Of a DNA stretch of 28,847 nucleotides, positions 1 to 9,133 are shown one piece after another (the stretch's first letter is position 1; every line of letters begins with the position of its first letter). Made by a program: the position numbers and the translations under genes. The DNA lies in NCBI GenBank assembly GCA_028686565.1, contig JAQUBU010000001.1:1-28847 (forward strand), in the 5' to 3' direction. Under the pieces are notes generated by a model, which worked only from the letters and a program-made list of their open reading frames with translations, did no database searches and had not been told where the DNA came from. This DNA is from Syntrophomonadaceae bacterium (GTDB taxonomy: Bacteria; Bacillota; Syntrophomonadia; Syntrophomonadales; Syntrophomonadaceae).

Positions 1-238
1 TGTCGCTCGCCCCCTTTCACTTGCTTGCCTTCGCTGGGTGTTATTGCCATGCTCCGCCAACATCCGCACTCATATTTATGCATCCCAGATTATCAAACAG
101 GGAGTTTTTCAGGGGTAACTAGCTAAGTACAGTGACAATTCGGCTCTCAAGAATTATGTCCCGGTATCAAAGCATTTTTATTTACTTCAAAATTTTCTTA
201 TGTTCCCTACATATTTATTTATGCAGAAAAAACATAAG

Positions 239-1582
239 TTATAAAAATGGTGTATGATGGAAAACCATTTCGCTAGAATCATTAGTAATTGAAGATACAA
301 TTTTCTGGGTATGTTTAAATGATGCTTTATGTAATATTTGATTACCTTCAATTATGTTTTTATACTCATCTAATGTTAAAATGTCAGATTTGTATCCAAA
401 CAAGAAATATACCGGAACTTCGATTCCCCTTTCATCATCAATTAATAAATAAGTTAATCCATTTATATAACCTTCCATATAAGCAACATCATGATAAAGT
501 TTCTTTTTTAACTTTTGTGATTTCCATTTAAAATACGAATTAATTATGCGAGATATTCTGTATGGGTCTGAATACTCACCAGTATTTCTTCTTGCCATAA
601 TCCGCTCAAAAGCATGAATAAGACCATCTTGATAGCATAATGAAAAAACTACTTCAGGGTGTTCCTTAATATTAAATACAGCTGATAGCAAATCATGTTC
701 CGTTTGGACTTTATGAAGCATTAAAGGTACAGAATCAAGTATTTCATCGGGAATTATTAAAGAGTCATCAATCAATATATTCTTTAGATTTGATACAAAA
801 TAAGTTGCATCAGTAATAATTGGGGTCAAATTAATATCTCTAAACTTCTCCAAAGCGTTATCATCCAAAGTTACAATATATGCATGAGGCATTAGACCAT
901 TCATTTCTTTTAACAAAGAATTATATATACTATTAAAATCTTCGTCTCCAAAAGAATATCCGCAGAAGATCACATATTTTGTAGCCAACATCATTTTTAA
1001 GCTACTTCCAATCAGACCAGTGTTAAGTGTGTTATAACATTTATTGTAATCTTCTTCTGTTGCAATAATAGATCCAAAATTATTTATTGAGCCATGTATT
1101 TTTAATACCTTTCTCTCTGGAAGATTCCAAAATACAAAATCCTCTGGAGTAACAATTGGAATAGCACCACAATATCTTTCAAATAAGTCATCCCAATTGG
1201 TAGTAATAATTTCATTTATCATATAGATACTTGATAATTCTCTATGAAAACTTGATGCTCTTCTTTGTAACTCAGGAAAGGAAGAAACATAGTCAAATCT
1301 GCACTTAATTTTCTTGAGCAGATTAATTCTTCCATTAGTATTATTACAATACTTGCTCATCAACTTTGAGAAAGATAAGTTTTCTGTAATGCCTAGTTCA
1401 TATTTTACATCTTCATATAAAGAATGATTATATACTGTCCTTGATTCTGTGCTTACTCCTGCCCCTGAAAAGATTACTAAATCGCCACGCTTCGCTGCTT
1501 CGATAGTTTCTTTTGGTAAATCAAATGATTTTTGTTGCATACAAAATTTACATTCGCAATTCCCTTTTCCTTCTATATGCAT
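239..1582 (-). CDS. SIR2-like (SIR2_2) domain protein, putative NADase/anti-phage effector
   Basis: Sirtuin motifs FSGAGVS, ITTNWDDLFE, KIHGS and FCGYSFGDEDF. ATG at 1582 follows an AAGGA RBS (the ORF track uses TTG at 1600). N-terminal CECKFC and about 170 unassigned C-terminal residues. Confidence 0.8.
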   Translation of the reverse strand: MHIEGKGNCECKFCMQQKSFDLPKETIEAAKRGDLVIFSGAGVSTESRTVYNHSLYEDVKYELGITENLSFSKLMSKYCNNTNGRINLLKKIKCRFDYVSSFPELQRRASSFHRELSSIYMINEIITTNWDDLFERYCGAIPIVTPEDFVFWNLPERKVLKIHGSINNFGSIIATEEDYNKCYNTLNTGLIGSSLKMMLATKYVIFCGYSFGDEDFNSIYNSLLKEMNGLMPHAYIVTLDDNALEKFRDINLTPIITDATYFVSNLKNILIDDSLIIPDEILDSVPLMLHKVQTEHDLLSAVFNIKEHPEVVFSLCYQDGLIHAFERIMARRNTGEYSDPYRISRIINSYFKWKSQKLKKKLYHDVAYMEGYINGLTYLLIDDERGIEVPVYFLFGYKSDILTLDEYKNIIEGNQILHKASFKHTQKIVSSITNDSSEMVFHHTPFL

Positions 1583-1827
1583 CCAATTTCCTTCTTCCAA
1601 AATATTCGTTATTAACTCATTTAATTAATTTGAATATTAATAAAGCCTCTATCCCCTAGACCTTATGGGGATTTTCTATCCATCTATCCAACTGTTGTTT
1701 ACTTATTTTTAAAATAAACTGGCAGTTTTTGTATGACTTCTATGTCATATCCTTCTATTCCTGCAAATAATTCCAGTTTTCATCAAATAGCGGTAGATAA
1801 CACATAGCAGAAGGATATTTTTATTCC

Positions 1828-4800
1828 CTACACCGTCACTGCCTCTTTCAGTACAAATCCCGGCATTGGATCGTGCATTTTCCAAACAATACTTATTGGG
1901 GCAGAGCCGTAATGGCTCACATAATCAGCTAAACCGATACATGTGTAGGGTACCGCTGCCTGTCCGTCCTTTTTATAATCTCTCACGAAAATAAGTACAC
2001 GGTTACCGTTGTTTTGTTGATTTATGTATCTTAGTCCGGTTGTTGATTCTGAACTGGTTGAACTCTGGGTTTGCCAGTGGAACTTTTCTTCACTTATAGC
2101 GTAATCCCTGTACATAGTCGATGGCGAATAATCTTTATCTGATTTATTCAGGGTCACGAAGAATATATCCAGCCCCTTATCCGGAAGATATAGCACCCCT
2201 TCCTGGAAATGCTTCCGTTTCCTCTCGGTATGTCGCCCTAGTGCAACCAGTATCTGGTCCAAGGTATAACTGCAATATAAGTCCAGAGGGCATGCAAAAT
2301 CCAAATCCAAGGGTTTATCCACGAATTCTATGCGTTCATACTGATACTGAAGTAAACTTATTAATTCGTTGTAGACCAGGTCGTTTTTTATGGCGTTGTA
2401 GATGGCTGCTTCTATGCTTGAAAAGATATTTTCCAAATTATCCAGGCCTTTGCCGTAAACCGTATAGTGGAACATTGTAAGCATGGTTCGTTCAATACCG
2501 GATAAATGATGTTCAATATAGCCACGGTTCGATTTGATCTTGGGCAATATATCTAATAAGAATGTGATCCAGCGGCGGGAATTGGCGCTGGACAAACGCA
2601 GAAAAGCGTTGGCTAACATCCGTACGTTCTGATCATCGGCAAAATATTTATCAACCAAATCCGCCTCGGCCGCCAGCGAGCTTAAAGTCAAATGTTTGGA
2701 ATATATCTCTTTGGGCTGGACGTGGTAATCTTCGAAAAATTCTTGGGTATCTATCTTTTTATGTATTTCAAAGTAATCTTTCAATTTCAGCTTAATATTG
2801 TGCTTGTTGTTAATGGTGTTTTTGATATTCTCCAATATATATTCCTGAGCCTGTCTTTCCATTTGAATCGAGCATCCCCGGGGTACATGAATGAAACGAT
2901 GTTCTATTTCATACTCTACCGTTCTCCGGGTTCTTGCCAACAGCGCCCTGAACCGTTCCTCAAAATTGAACTTGCGATTGGCCTGGCCTACAAAATCAAG
3001 CACGGTCAGGGCTTCTTTCCCTTCACACAGCCTTAAGCCGCGACCCAGCTGCTGGATGAATACGGTTAAACTTTCCGTAGGCCGTAAGAATAGGACTGTA
3101 TTTATCTCAGGAATGTCTACGCCTTCGTTATAGAGATCAACTACGAAAATGAATTTTATTTCTTTGTTAACCAGCCTTTGTTTTACCGTACTGCGCACTG
3201 ATTCCTCTGATTCCGCCACCAAATATTCTGCTGCTATCCCCGCCTGGTTGAAGCTATCGGCCATATAGCGGGCATGGTCCTTGGAAACGCAGAATCCCAG
3301 GCCGATAATATCCGAACTGTCTCCGCAATAGTTATCTATAGCCTGAATTATGTTGCCGACCCGGCGCTGGGCCTGGGCGGACTCAAAGACATATAAATTA
3401 TCCAGTTGTTTCTGATCATATTTACCGGCGGTCCATTGGACATTTTTCAGACTTACGGTATCAGTCACCCCGAAATAGTGAAACGGGCTGAGCAGTTTGC
3501 GTTCTATGGCCTCATGCAGACGCAGTTCAGCGGAAATGCGCCCATTGAAGTATTGGAAAACGTTCTTGCCATCCGGCCTTTCCGGGGTGGCCGTCAAGCC
3601 CAGCAATATGCGGGGCTGATAGTATGTAAGCAATTCCTCGTAAGAGGGGGCGGCGGCATGATGGAATTCATCAATAATAATAAAATCATAATGATCCGGG
3701 TTGGTTATAGAGGTAAGTTCCTTGGAATTGAGTGATTGAATGGATACAAAGAGGTAGTCCAGACTTGCCGGGCTGCTGCCTCCCACCATCAGGGAACCGA
3801 AGTTATAGTCCTTCAATATGGCCCGGAAGCAATCGCGGCTTTGCTGCAATATTTCTTTCCGATGGGCTACAAACAACAGCCGGTTAAGCTTGCCGGGATT
3901 CTCCTGCAAGAACCTTTTATAATCAAAAGCAGCCACCACCGTTTTCCCGGTACCTGTGGCCGCCACCACCAGATTTCTATAGGAATTATGAATCTCTCTT
4001 TCCGCTTTGAGTTGGTCCAATATTTCTTGTTGAAAATAATATGGGGTGATATCAAAATTGAAGGCAAATTTATACTCCTCATCACCGGCATTATATCGCT
4101 CAGACTTCAGGGCCTGGCGCAGCCTGGCGGCATCCAATCCCGGGACGAATTTAACAAATTCATGGCTGTTCCAGTATGACTCAAAGGTAGCCTGAACTTT
4201 CTTCAATATATCCCGGGAATCGTATTCACTGAGTTTAATATTCCATTCCAAGCCGCTGGTCATGGCTGATTCCGATATGTTGGAAGACCCGATGTAAGCG
4301 CAGCTGAATCCGGTATCCCGCCAAAAAACATAGGTTTTGGCATGCAGGCGGGTTCTTTCGGTATCATAGGAAATACGAATTTCCGTATTTGGCAAGCTGG
4401 AGAGTTTTTCAATGGCCTTGAAATCGGTAGCCCCCATATATGAGGTGGTAATAACCCGCAAGCTTCCCCCATGGGAGGTGAATTCCCGGAGTTCATTAAG
4501 AATCAGCCGCAAGCCGCTCCATTTAATAAATGAGACCAATAACTCTATACGGTCGCAGGATCTGATCTCCTTTTTAATTTCGGAAACCATGCTGGGTTCA
4601 TGAATGGCCCCGGTGAAAAGCGAGTTTTCCGCAATTGAGGTATCAGGCCGGATAAGGGTTGCTTTCTCCGAGCCAAGGGCCATATTGGTGCCCTTTTTAT
4701 CGACCAGGGCTAATAGCAATTTCGCATCTTGATGAATACTTTTATCTCGAATCAAAACAGCCAATTGGCGGTTGGGTTTAAAGCCTGATTCACCTTTTTC

Positions 4801-5049
4801 GATGGCATCGGCGATATATTCAATCAAATTGTTGCACAGGGTTATGCGATTATCCAAGGCATCATTTTCGCCCTCAATATAGTCCAAAACATCTCTTATA
4901 ACCAATGCCAGGTAAACGGATAAAATCTTGGATGACTCAGCTGAATCAATCGGGCCCGTCTGAATCATGATCATTTCGTTGTCAAGCTGATCCAGGTACT
5001 GCTTCATAATTTTATTTATGACTTGTTCATATAGGCCGAAAGATAGCAT
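1828..5049 (-). CDS. PLD(HKD)-nuclease/superfamily II helicase/DUF3427 protein (SauUSI-like type IV restriction enzyme architecture)
   Basis: RLHAKTY...IGSSNIS (PLD), Walker A ATGTGKT, DEFHH, LTATP, QQLGRGLR, and a C-terminal region resembling DUF3427 (FHWQTQSST...FVR). GGGAG RBS before the ATG. Confidence 0.85.
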   Translation of the reverse strand: MLSFGLYEQVINKIMKQYLDQLDNEMIMIQTGPIDSAESSKILSVYLALVIRDVLDYIEGENDALDNRITLCNNLIEYIADAIEKGESGFKPNRQLAVLIRDKSIHQDAKLLLALVDKKGTNMALGSEKATLIRPDTSIAENSLFTGAIHEPSMVSEIKKEIRSCDRIELLVSFIKWSGLRLILNELREFTSHGGSLRVITTSYMGATDFKAIEKLSSLPNTEIRISYDTERTRLHAKTYVFWRDTGFSCAYIGSSNISESAMTSGLEWNIKLSEYDSRDILKKVQATFESYWNSHEFVKFVPGLDAARLRQALKSERYNAGDEEYKFAFNFDITPYYFQQEILDQLKAEREIHNSYRNLVVAATGTGKTVVAAFDYKRFLQENPGKLNRLLFVAHRKEILQQSRDCFRAILKDYNFGSLMVGGSSPASLDYLFVSIQSLNSKELTSITNPDHYDFIIIDEFHHAAAPSYEELLTYYQPRILLGLTATPERPDGKNVFQYFNGRISAELRLHEAIERKLLSPFHYFGVTDTVSLKNVQWTAGKYDQKQLDNLYVFESAQAQRRVGNIIQAIDNYCGDSSDIIGLGFCVSKDHARYMADSFNQAGIAAEYLVAESEESVRSTVKQRLVNKEIKFIFVVDLYNEGVDIPEINTVLFLRPTESLTVFIQQLGRGLRLCEGKEALTVLDFVGQANRKFNFEERFRALLARTRRTVEYEIEHRFIHVPRGCSIQMERQAQEYILENIKNTINNKHNIKLKLKDYFEIHKKIDTQEFFEDYHVQPKEIYSKHLTLSSLAAEADLVDKYFADDQNVRMLANAFLRLSSANSRRWITFLLDILPKIKSNRGYIEHHLSGIERTMLTMFHYTVYGKGLDNLENIFSSIEAAIYNAIKNDLVYNELISLLQYQYERIEFVDKPLDLDFACPLDLYCSYTLDQILVALGRHTERKRKHFQEGVLYLPDKGLDIFFVTLNKSDKDYSPSTMYRDYAISEEKFHWQTQSSTSSESTTGLRYINQQNNGNRVLIFVRDYKKDGQAAVPYTCIGLADYVSHYGSAPISIVWKMHDPMPGFVLKEAVTV

Positions 5050-5129
5050 GATTTATTGCTCCCACGTTTTGCTCCTTCAAGTCTGGTTATACTTATGACG
5101 ACATTATTCACCATTTAATACCAATACAA

Positions 5130-5138
5130 ATTATACCA
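5130..5138 (-). promoter_or_regulatory. Extended -10 promoter element (TGGTATAAT) upstream of the PLD-helicase gene
   Basis: The minus strand reads TGGTATAAT about 80 bp upstream of the start codon. No good -35 hexamer. Confidence 0.4.
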
Positions 5139-5446
5139 CATTTCCCATAATCGCCACATTCTAAAATACAAACCAATCCACTTATGGCAAACCCTGTTCC
5201 TCTTCAGAGCAAACAGAGGGACGTTCTTTTTGTTTGCCTTAACTACGCCAAATATACCATGTTTAAACTAAGGCCTGTTACACCCCAGGGGGGCCAGGGG
5301 CAGTGCTGTTTTCTATTTTCTGTTTTCAGATCCTTTAACACCCTTACACCGTCAAAGTTGATGCAAATTCTGCCGGGAAATGATATTTTGTAGTTAGCGG
5401 TTCTATATTGTTCTAAAGCTTTTGTATTTAAATAATGGAGGAAAAA

Positions 5447-6754
5447 ATGGATCTGTTTGATATTGGCCAGCAAGAAAATATTCACAAAAATGCACCCCTG
5501 GCATACCGGATGCGCCCGCGTCACCTGGAAGAAGTAGTGGGCCAAAAAGCTATTGCTCCCGGTTCAGTTTTGCGCAAAGCTATTGAGAAAGATCAATTAC
5601 ACTCATTTGTCTTATTTGGTCCCCCAGGTACGGGCAAAACCAGTATTGCCCGTATTATTGCGCAAACCAGCAACTCCCATTTTCAATTCCTGCCGGCTGT
5701 TACCAGCGGAGTTAGTGATATTAAGAAAAGCGCTGCCGAAGCCAGCGACCGGCTCAAGTTCTACCGGCAGCGTACCATATTATTTGTTGATGAAATCCAT
5801 CGCTTTAACAAGAACCAGCAGGATGTTTTGCTGCCATTTGTAGAAGACGGAACTTTGCTGCTTATTGGTGCGACTACTGAAAACCCTTTATATGAGTTAA
5901 ATAATGCTCTCTTATCCCGCATGAAAATATATTTTTTGGAAGCCTTGAATCAGCAAGAATTAAGCGAGGTGATTTCAAACGCCTTGCAGGATAAGGAAAG
6001 AGGATTAGGTGAGTTTGACATCAAAATAGACGATGAGAGTCTGGCCTTGATAGCAATGAATTGCAAGGGTGATGCCCGGATGGCTTTAAATATTTTGGAA
6101 ACTGTAGTTAATTCTTTTTATGAGCCTGATTCCCGGTTTCTCATAAAGATTGAACTGCTGCAAAAAGTAATGACCCGCCCTCTGCTAAGATATGACCGAA
6201 GCGGTGATGTTCACTATGACAGTATTTCCGCCTTTATTAAAAGTATCCGGGGCTCAGACCCGGATGCGGCGCTTTTTTGGCTGGCTTATATGCTGGAAGG
6301 AGGGGAAGATCCCAAATTTATTGCGCGGCGATTAATAGTTCACGCTGCCGAAGACATTGGCTTGGCCGATCCTCAGGCACTGATGCTGGCCACCGCAACT
6401 GCTCAAGCCGTTCAATTTGTGGGCATGCCTGAAGCTCGTATCCCTCTGGCAGAAGCTGTTATATATCTTGCTGCTGCCCCCAAAAGTAACAGCAGCTTGG
6501 CTATTGATGCAGCTATAGCAGCAGTCCGTCAGAGCCATAGCATTAAAGTCCCGCCGCATATTGCCGATACTTCCCATTCCAAAGCAGCCAGCGTTTTGGG
6601 CAAAGGTAATGATTATAAATATCCGCATAATTATGGTGGTTATGTAGACCAGAAATACCTTCCCGATAACTTGCTGGGCCAGCATTTTTATAAGCCAGGT
6701 AAAAACGAGAATGAAATGAGGATTAAAAAATTCCTGGATAATCTGCCCGGATAA
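5447..6754 (+). CDS. rarA: Replication-associated recombination protein A (RarA/MgsA AAA+ ATPase)
   Basis: PLAYRMRPRHLEEVVGQ, Walker A GPPGTGKT, FVDEIHRFNKNQQD, SAFIKSIRGSDPDAA, YKYPH. GGAGG at 5437-5441 favours the ATG at 5447 over 5435. Confidence 0.95.
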   Translation: MDLFDIGQQENIHKNAPLAYRMRPRHLEEVVGQKAIAPGSVLRKAIEKDQLHSFVLFGPPGTGKTSIARIIAQTSNSHFQFLPAVTSGVSDIKKSAAEASDRLKFYRQRTILFVDEIHRFNKNQQDVLLPFVEDGTLLLIGATTENPLYELNNALLSRMKIYFLEALNQQELSEVISNALQDKERGLGEFDIKIDDESLALIAMNCKGDARMALNILETVVNSFYEPDSRFLIKIELLQKVMTRPLLRYDRSGDVHYDSISAFIKSIRGSDPDAALFWLAYMLEGGEDPKFIARRLIVHAAEDIGLADPQALMLATATAQAVQFVGMPEARIPLAEAVIYLAAAPKSNSSLAIDAAIAAVRQSHSIKVPPHIADTSHSKAASVLGKGNDYKYPHNYGGYVDQKYLPDNLLGQHFYKPGKNENEMRIKKFLDNLPG

Positions 6755-6757
6755 TAA

Positions 6758-6786
6758 AATGAAGGGGGGATTCTTCCCCCCTCATT
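6758..6786 (+). terminator. Hairpin, likely rarA terminator
   Basis: AATGA-A-GGGGGGA-TTCT-TCCCCCC-TCATT directly after the rarA stop, followed by a T-rich stretch. Confidence 0.6.
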
Positions 6787-6806
6787 ATCTTTACTTTAAG
6801 CATCAA

Positions 6807-6919
6807 AAGAAACAGCAGAGCAGTTTCTTTCGCACCGTTTGCAACGAGGTAGGGGATGAGAACCCGCCACCTGTTTTGTTAATAGGAACCCCACCACTTA
6901 AAGAAGCGGGGGACATATT
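6807..6919. repeat. Dispersed intergenic element, copy A
   Basis: Aligns by eye with 12649-12759 (GCAACGAGG...AACCyGCCAC...TGTTTT...GAACC...ACCrCTTAAAGAArCGG...CATATT) and with 19040-19115. Confidence 0.65.
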
Positions 6920-6930
6920 ATTTTCGCTCG

Positions 6931-7254
6931 TTATAAACCATCTACTACCTGCTGCAGCTGGGATTTGCTTTGTGCTCCTACAACTCGTTTAACTTCAGCA
7001 CCATCCTTAAAGAAGGTAAGTGTAGGAATTCCTCTTATACCAAATTGAGCAGCCAGATTCTGATTTTCGTCAACATTTACTTTGCCCACTTTAATCTTTC
7101 CAATATTTTCTGCGGCCAAGCTTTCTACTACTGGCCCAACCATTTTACATGGTCCGCACCAAGGAGCCCAAAAATCTACCAGCACTGGTATATCGGACTT
7201 CAGTACCTCCTGGCTCCAATTTTCATTGTTTAGTTCTTTAACATCAGCCATCAT
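6931..7254 (-). CDS. trxA: Thioredoxin
   Basis: DFWAPWCGPCK active site, GIRGIPTL, 107 aa. Confidence 0.97.
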   Translation of the reverse strand: MMADVKELNNENWSQEVLKSDIPVLVDFWAPWCGPCKMVGPVVESLAAENIGKIKVGKVNVDENQNLAAQFGIRGIPTLTFFKDGAEVKRVVGAQSKSQLQQVVDGL

Positions 7255-7271
7255 AATCCCTCCTATATCTG

Positions 7272-7547
7272 TTATTTGATCAGCCTTCCCATCATTTCTA
7301 CTATTTGCTGAAAACTTTCATCCTGCTTTTCTTCACTCAGTGCTCGTAAGATACATTCACGTGCATGGTTTTCAAACATTAAAATACCAACCTGATTCAT
7401 CGCCGCTTTGATCGCTGCAACCTGATTCAATATCTCACCGCAGGCAGCTTCAGATTCAATCATTCCTTGAACTCCTCTAACCTGACCCTCAATACGCTTG
7501 AGCCTGAGCAATATATTCTTTTTTGCATCTTTTTTCCCATCACTCAC
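7272..7547 (-). CDS. CsoR/RcnR-family metal/thiol-sensing repressor
   Basis: RLKRIEGQVRGVQGMIE...C..IL.Q..A...H...C. The likely start is GTG at 7547 with a GAGGGGGG RBS; the longer ORF-track start overlaps the promoter. Confidence 0.9.
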   Translation of the reverse strand: MSDGKKDAKKNILLRLKRIEGQVRGVQGMIESEAACGEILNQVAAIKAAMNQVGILMFENHARECILRALSEEKQDESFQQIVEMMGRLIK

Positions 7548-7554
7548 CAGCGTT

Positions 7555-7571
7555 ATACCCCCCTCGGGTAT
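7555..7571. promoter_or_regulatory. CsoR-type operator overlapping the RBS
   Basis: ATACCC-CCCTC-GGGTAT: a 6-bp inverted repeat around a C/G tract, the established shape of CsoR-family operators. It lies just downstream of the promoter. Confidence 0.75.
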
Positions 7572-7581
7572 CTTTATAAAA

Positions 7582-7610
7582 ATTATATAATCCCTAGAAG
7601 CGAATGTCAA
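7582..7610 (-). promoter_or_regulatory. Consensus sigma-A promoter for csoR-trxA
   Basis: The minus strand reads TTGACA-17 nt-TATAAT exactly. Confidence 0.85.
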
Positions 7611-7877
7611 TTATATTTACTAATAATATGCAATACTGTGCGGATTAAAATTCCATCAGCAAATAAAAGAATAACCCATTACAGGTTATTCTTTATTTGC
7701 ATTATTAATATTTTCATCACTTAGATCAAATAGTATACGCCAATGGCTGCACCAAAAGAAATCAGTAACCAAAACAGGGTTCTCAACATTTCGCTCTGTA
7801 CTTGTTTACTTAATTGTTCCATTGTGATTCCTCCTCAGCTAATAATTAATCTCTCGTATATCATATCATAAATAAAA

Positions 7878-9116
7878 TCATTTCTTGATGCTGCCGGGAC
7901 CAACTTGTATAAGGGTATCGGTGGGTGGGAAATATTGTTCAGACAGGAGCCCTTTTTCCACGTCTTTTCCATCTTTTATTACCACCCGATAAGTCCTTTT
8001 GATCCACCCGCTAGTGCCTTCTTGTTTAACTATCCGCTGTTGAGGAGATAGCCTGTAATTAGTTTTAATTATCACTTGAGGTAAAATCTCTTCATTTTCA
8101 CTTAGTAATTTGATTTCCTTGCGAGGATCAGTTTGACAACCAATAATTCTGACCAATAAAGTATTTGCTTCTATTGAAAGTGCTAATAAAACAGGATGCT
8201 CAAGTTTGTTTTCAATTATATTTGCAGTTGTATCCAGTCCGGCCTGCCGACAAGCTTTAAGTATACTATTTTGTATCTGTTCCTGAATCGCCAAGGGCAA
8301 TGATATGTGTTCATTATGTTCACCATTAGTGCTGTCATTCAAATGACTAAACAAGGACAACTTTTCCTCAGGCATAATTATTATTCCATTTAGCCTGTCC
8401 AGTATTGCTTTGGTCTCATCTTCAGAAATGTTAATCCTACTTGCATTAACACTAAGATTATCTTTTACGGTTTCAATATCTTCAATTCTAACCCGTGACA
8501 GAATTTCACTGCTATCTATTTTTACAGGCCCCAAGAAACCTAAATCAAGAGACTTGGCAATGTTCTCCATGCTTGAATCAACTTTAATTGTATAACCGTT
8601 TTTATGTGCCTTGTATTCTAAATATTCATTATGATATATAATACGGGCATTGATCGCTACTTGATCATTTTCCTTTTTTAACTCCAGAAGCTTCTTAAAC
8701 AGCTTTTCTTTATCCCAGATAAATACAGGGCTAATTTCTTGTGCTTCCCCTCTTATAAGGCTATGTTGAAATATTGGGCTTTTTTTGCCGGGGTCATACA
8801 ACAACTTGTCTGCTTTTTCCAAGGTGGCTGTTAAATCGTATCTGATACCTATATCTTCAAGTGGTACAGGTATACTTCTGCCATTTATATCTAGAATCAA
8901 GTTGTTGCCCCAATTTTTAGCCATATCTTTATTCAATAATTCACGGGCTTCCTCTATTTCAAGATTAGCCACGGAAACTCCAGCAACAGATACATTAGAA
9001 GGATAACGACCCGCATCCCTGCCTGCCAAGGCTAAAGACACAATAATAAGAGTAGCAGCAATGGCTGCTGCAGCCATAAATATGACTTTAAAGCTCAATT
9101 TCCTAGCATCTGTCAT
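7878..9116 (-). CDS. Membrane-anchored YoaR/VanW-like protein with PG-binding region and C-terminal G5 domain
   Basis: N-terminal TM helix, NVSVAGVSVANL...EAR, a VanW-like LNGIIIMPEEKLS segment, and a G5-like end (KQEGTSG...TYRVVIKDGK...SEQYFPP...IQVG). Confidence 0.7.
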   Translation of the reverse strand: MTDARKLSFKVIFMAAAAIAATLIIVSLALAGRDAGRYPSNVSVAGVSVANLEIEEARELLNKDMAKNWGNNLILDINGRSIPVPLEDIGIRYDLTATLEKADKLLYDPGKKSPIFQHSLIRGEAQEISPVFIWDKEKLFKKLLELKKENDQVAINARIIYHNEYLEYKAHKNGYTIKVDSSMENIAKSLDLGFLGPVKIDSSEILSRVRIEDIETVKDNLSVNASRINISEDETKAILDRLNGIIIMPEEKLSLFSHLNDSTNGEHNEHISLPLAIQEQIQNSILKACRQAGLDTTANIIENKLEHPVLLALSIEANTLLVRIIGCQTDPRKEIKLLSENEEILPQVIIKTNYRLSPQQRIVKQEGTSGWIKRTYRVVIKDGKDVEKGLLSEQYFPPTDTLIQVGPGSIKK

Positions 9117-9133
9117 AAATTACTCCCGTATTA

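Noticed and set aside
1-51. Possible start of a further minus-strand gene at the left edge (ATGGCAATAACA...)
   Set aside because: Only 17 codons are visible, too few to support a call.
198-241. Integron attC-like hairpin after the SIR2 gene (CTTATGTT...AACATAAG)
   Set aside because: The distal GTTRRRY core is missing and there is no integrase. A terminator-like hairpin is the simpler reading.
5184-5430. 6S RNA, which often lies near rarA in Firmicutes
   Set aside because: I could not find the long closing stem or central bubble by eye. An Rfam cmscan would settle it.
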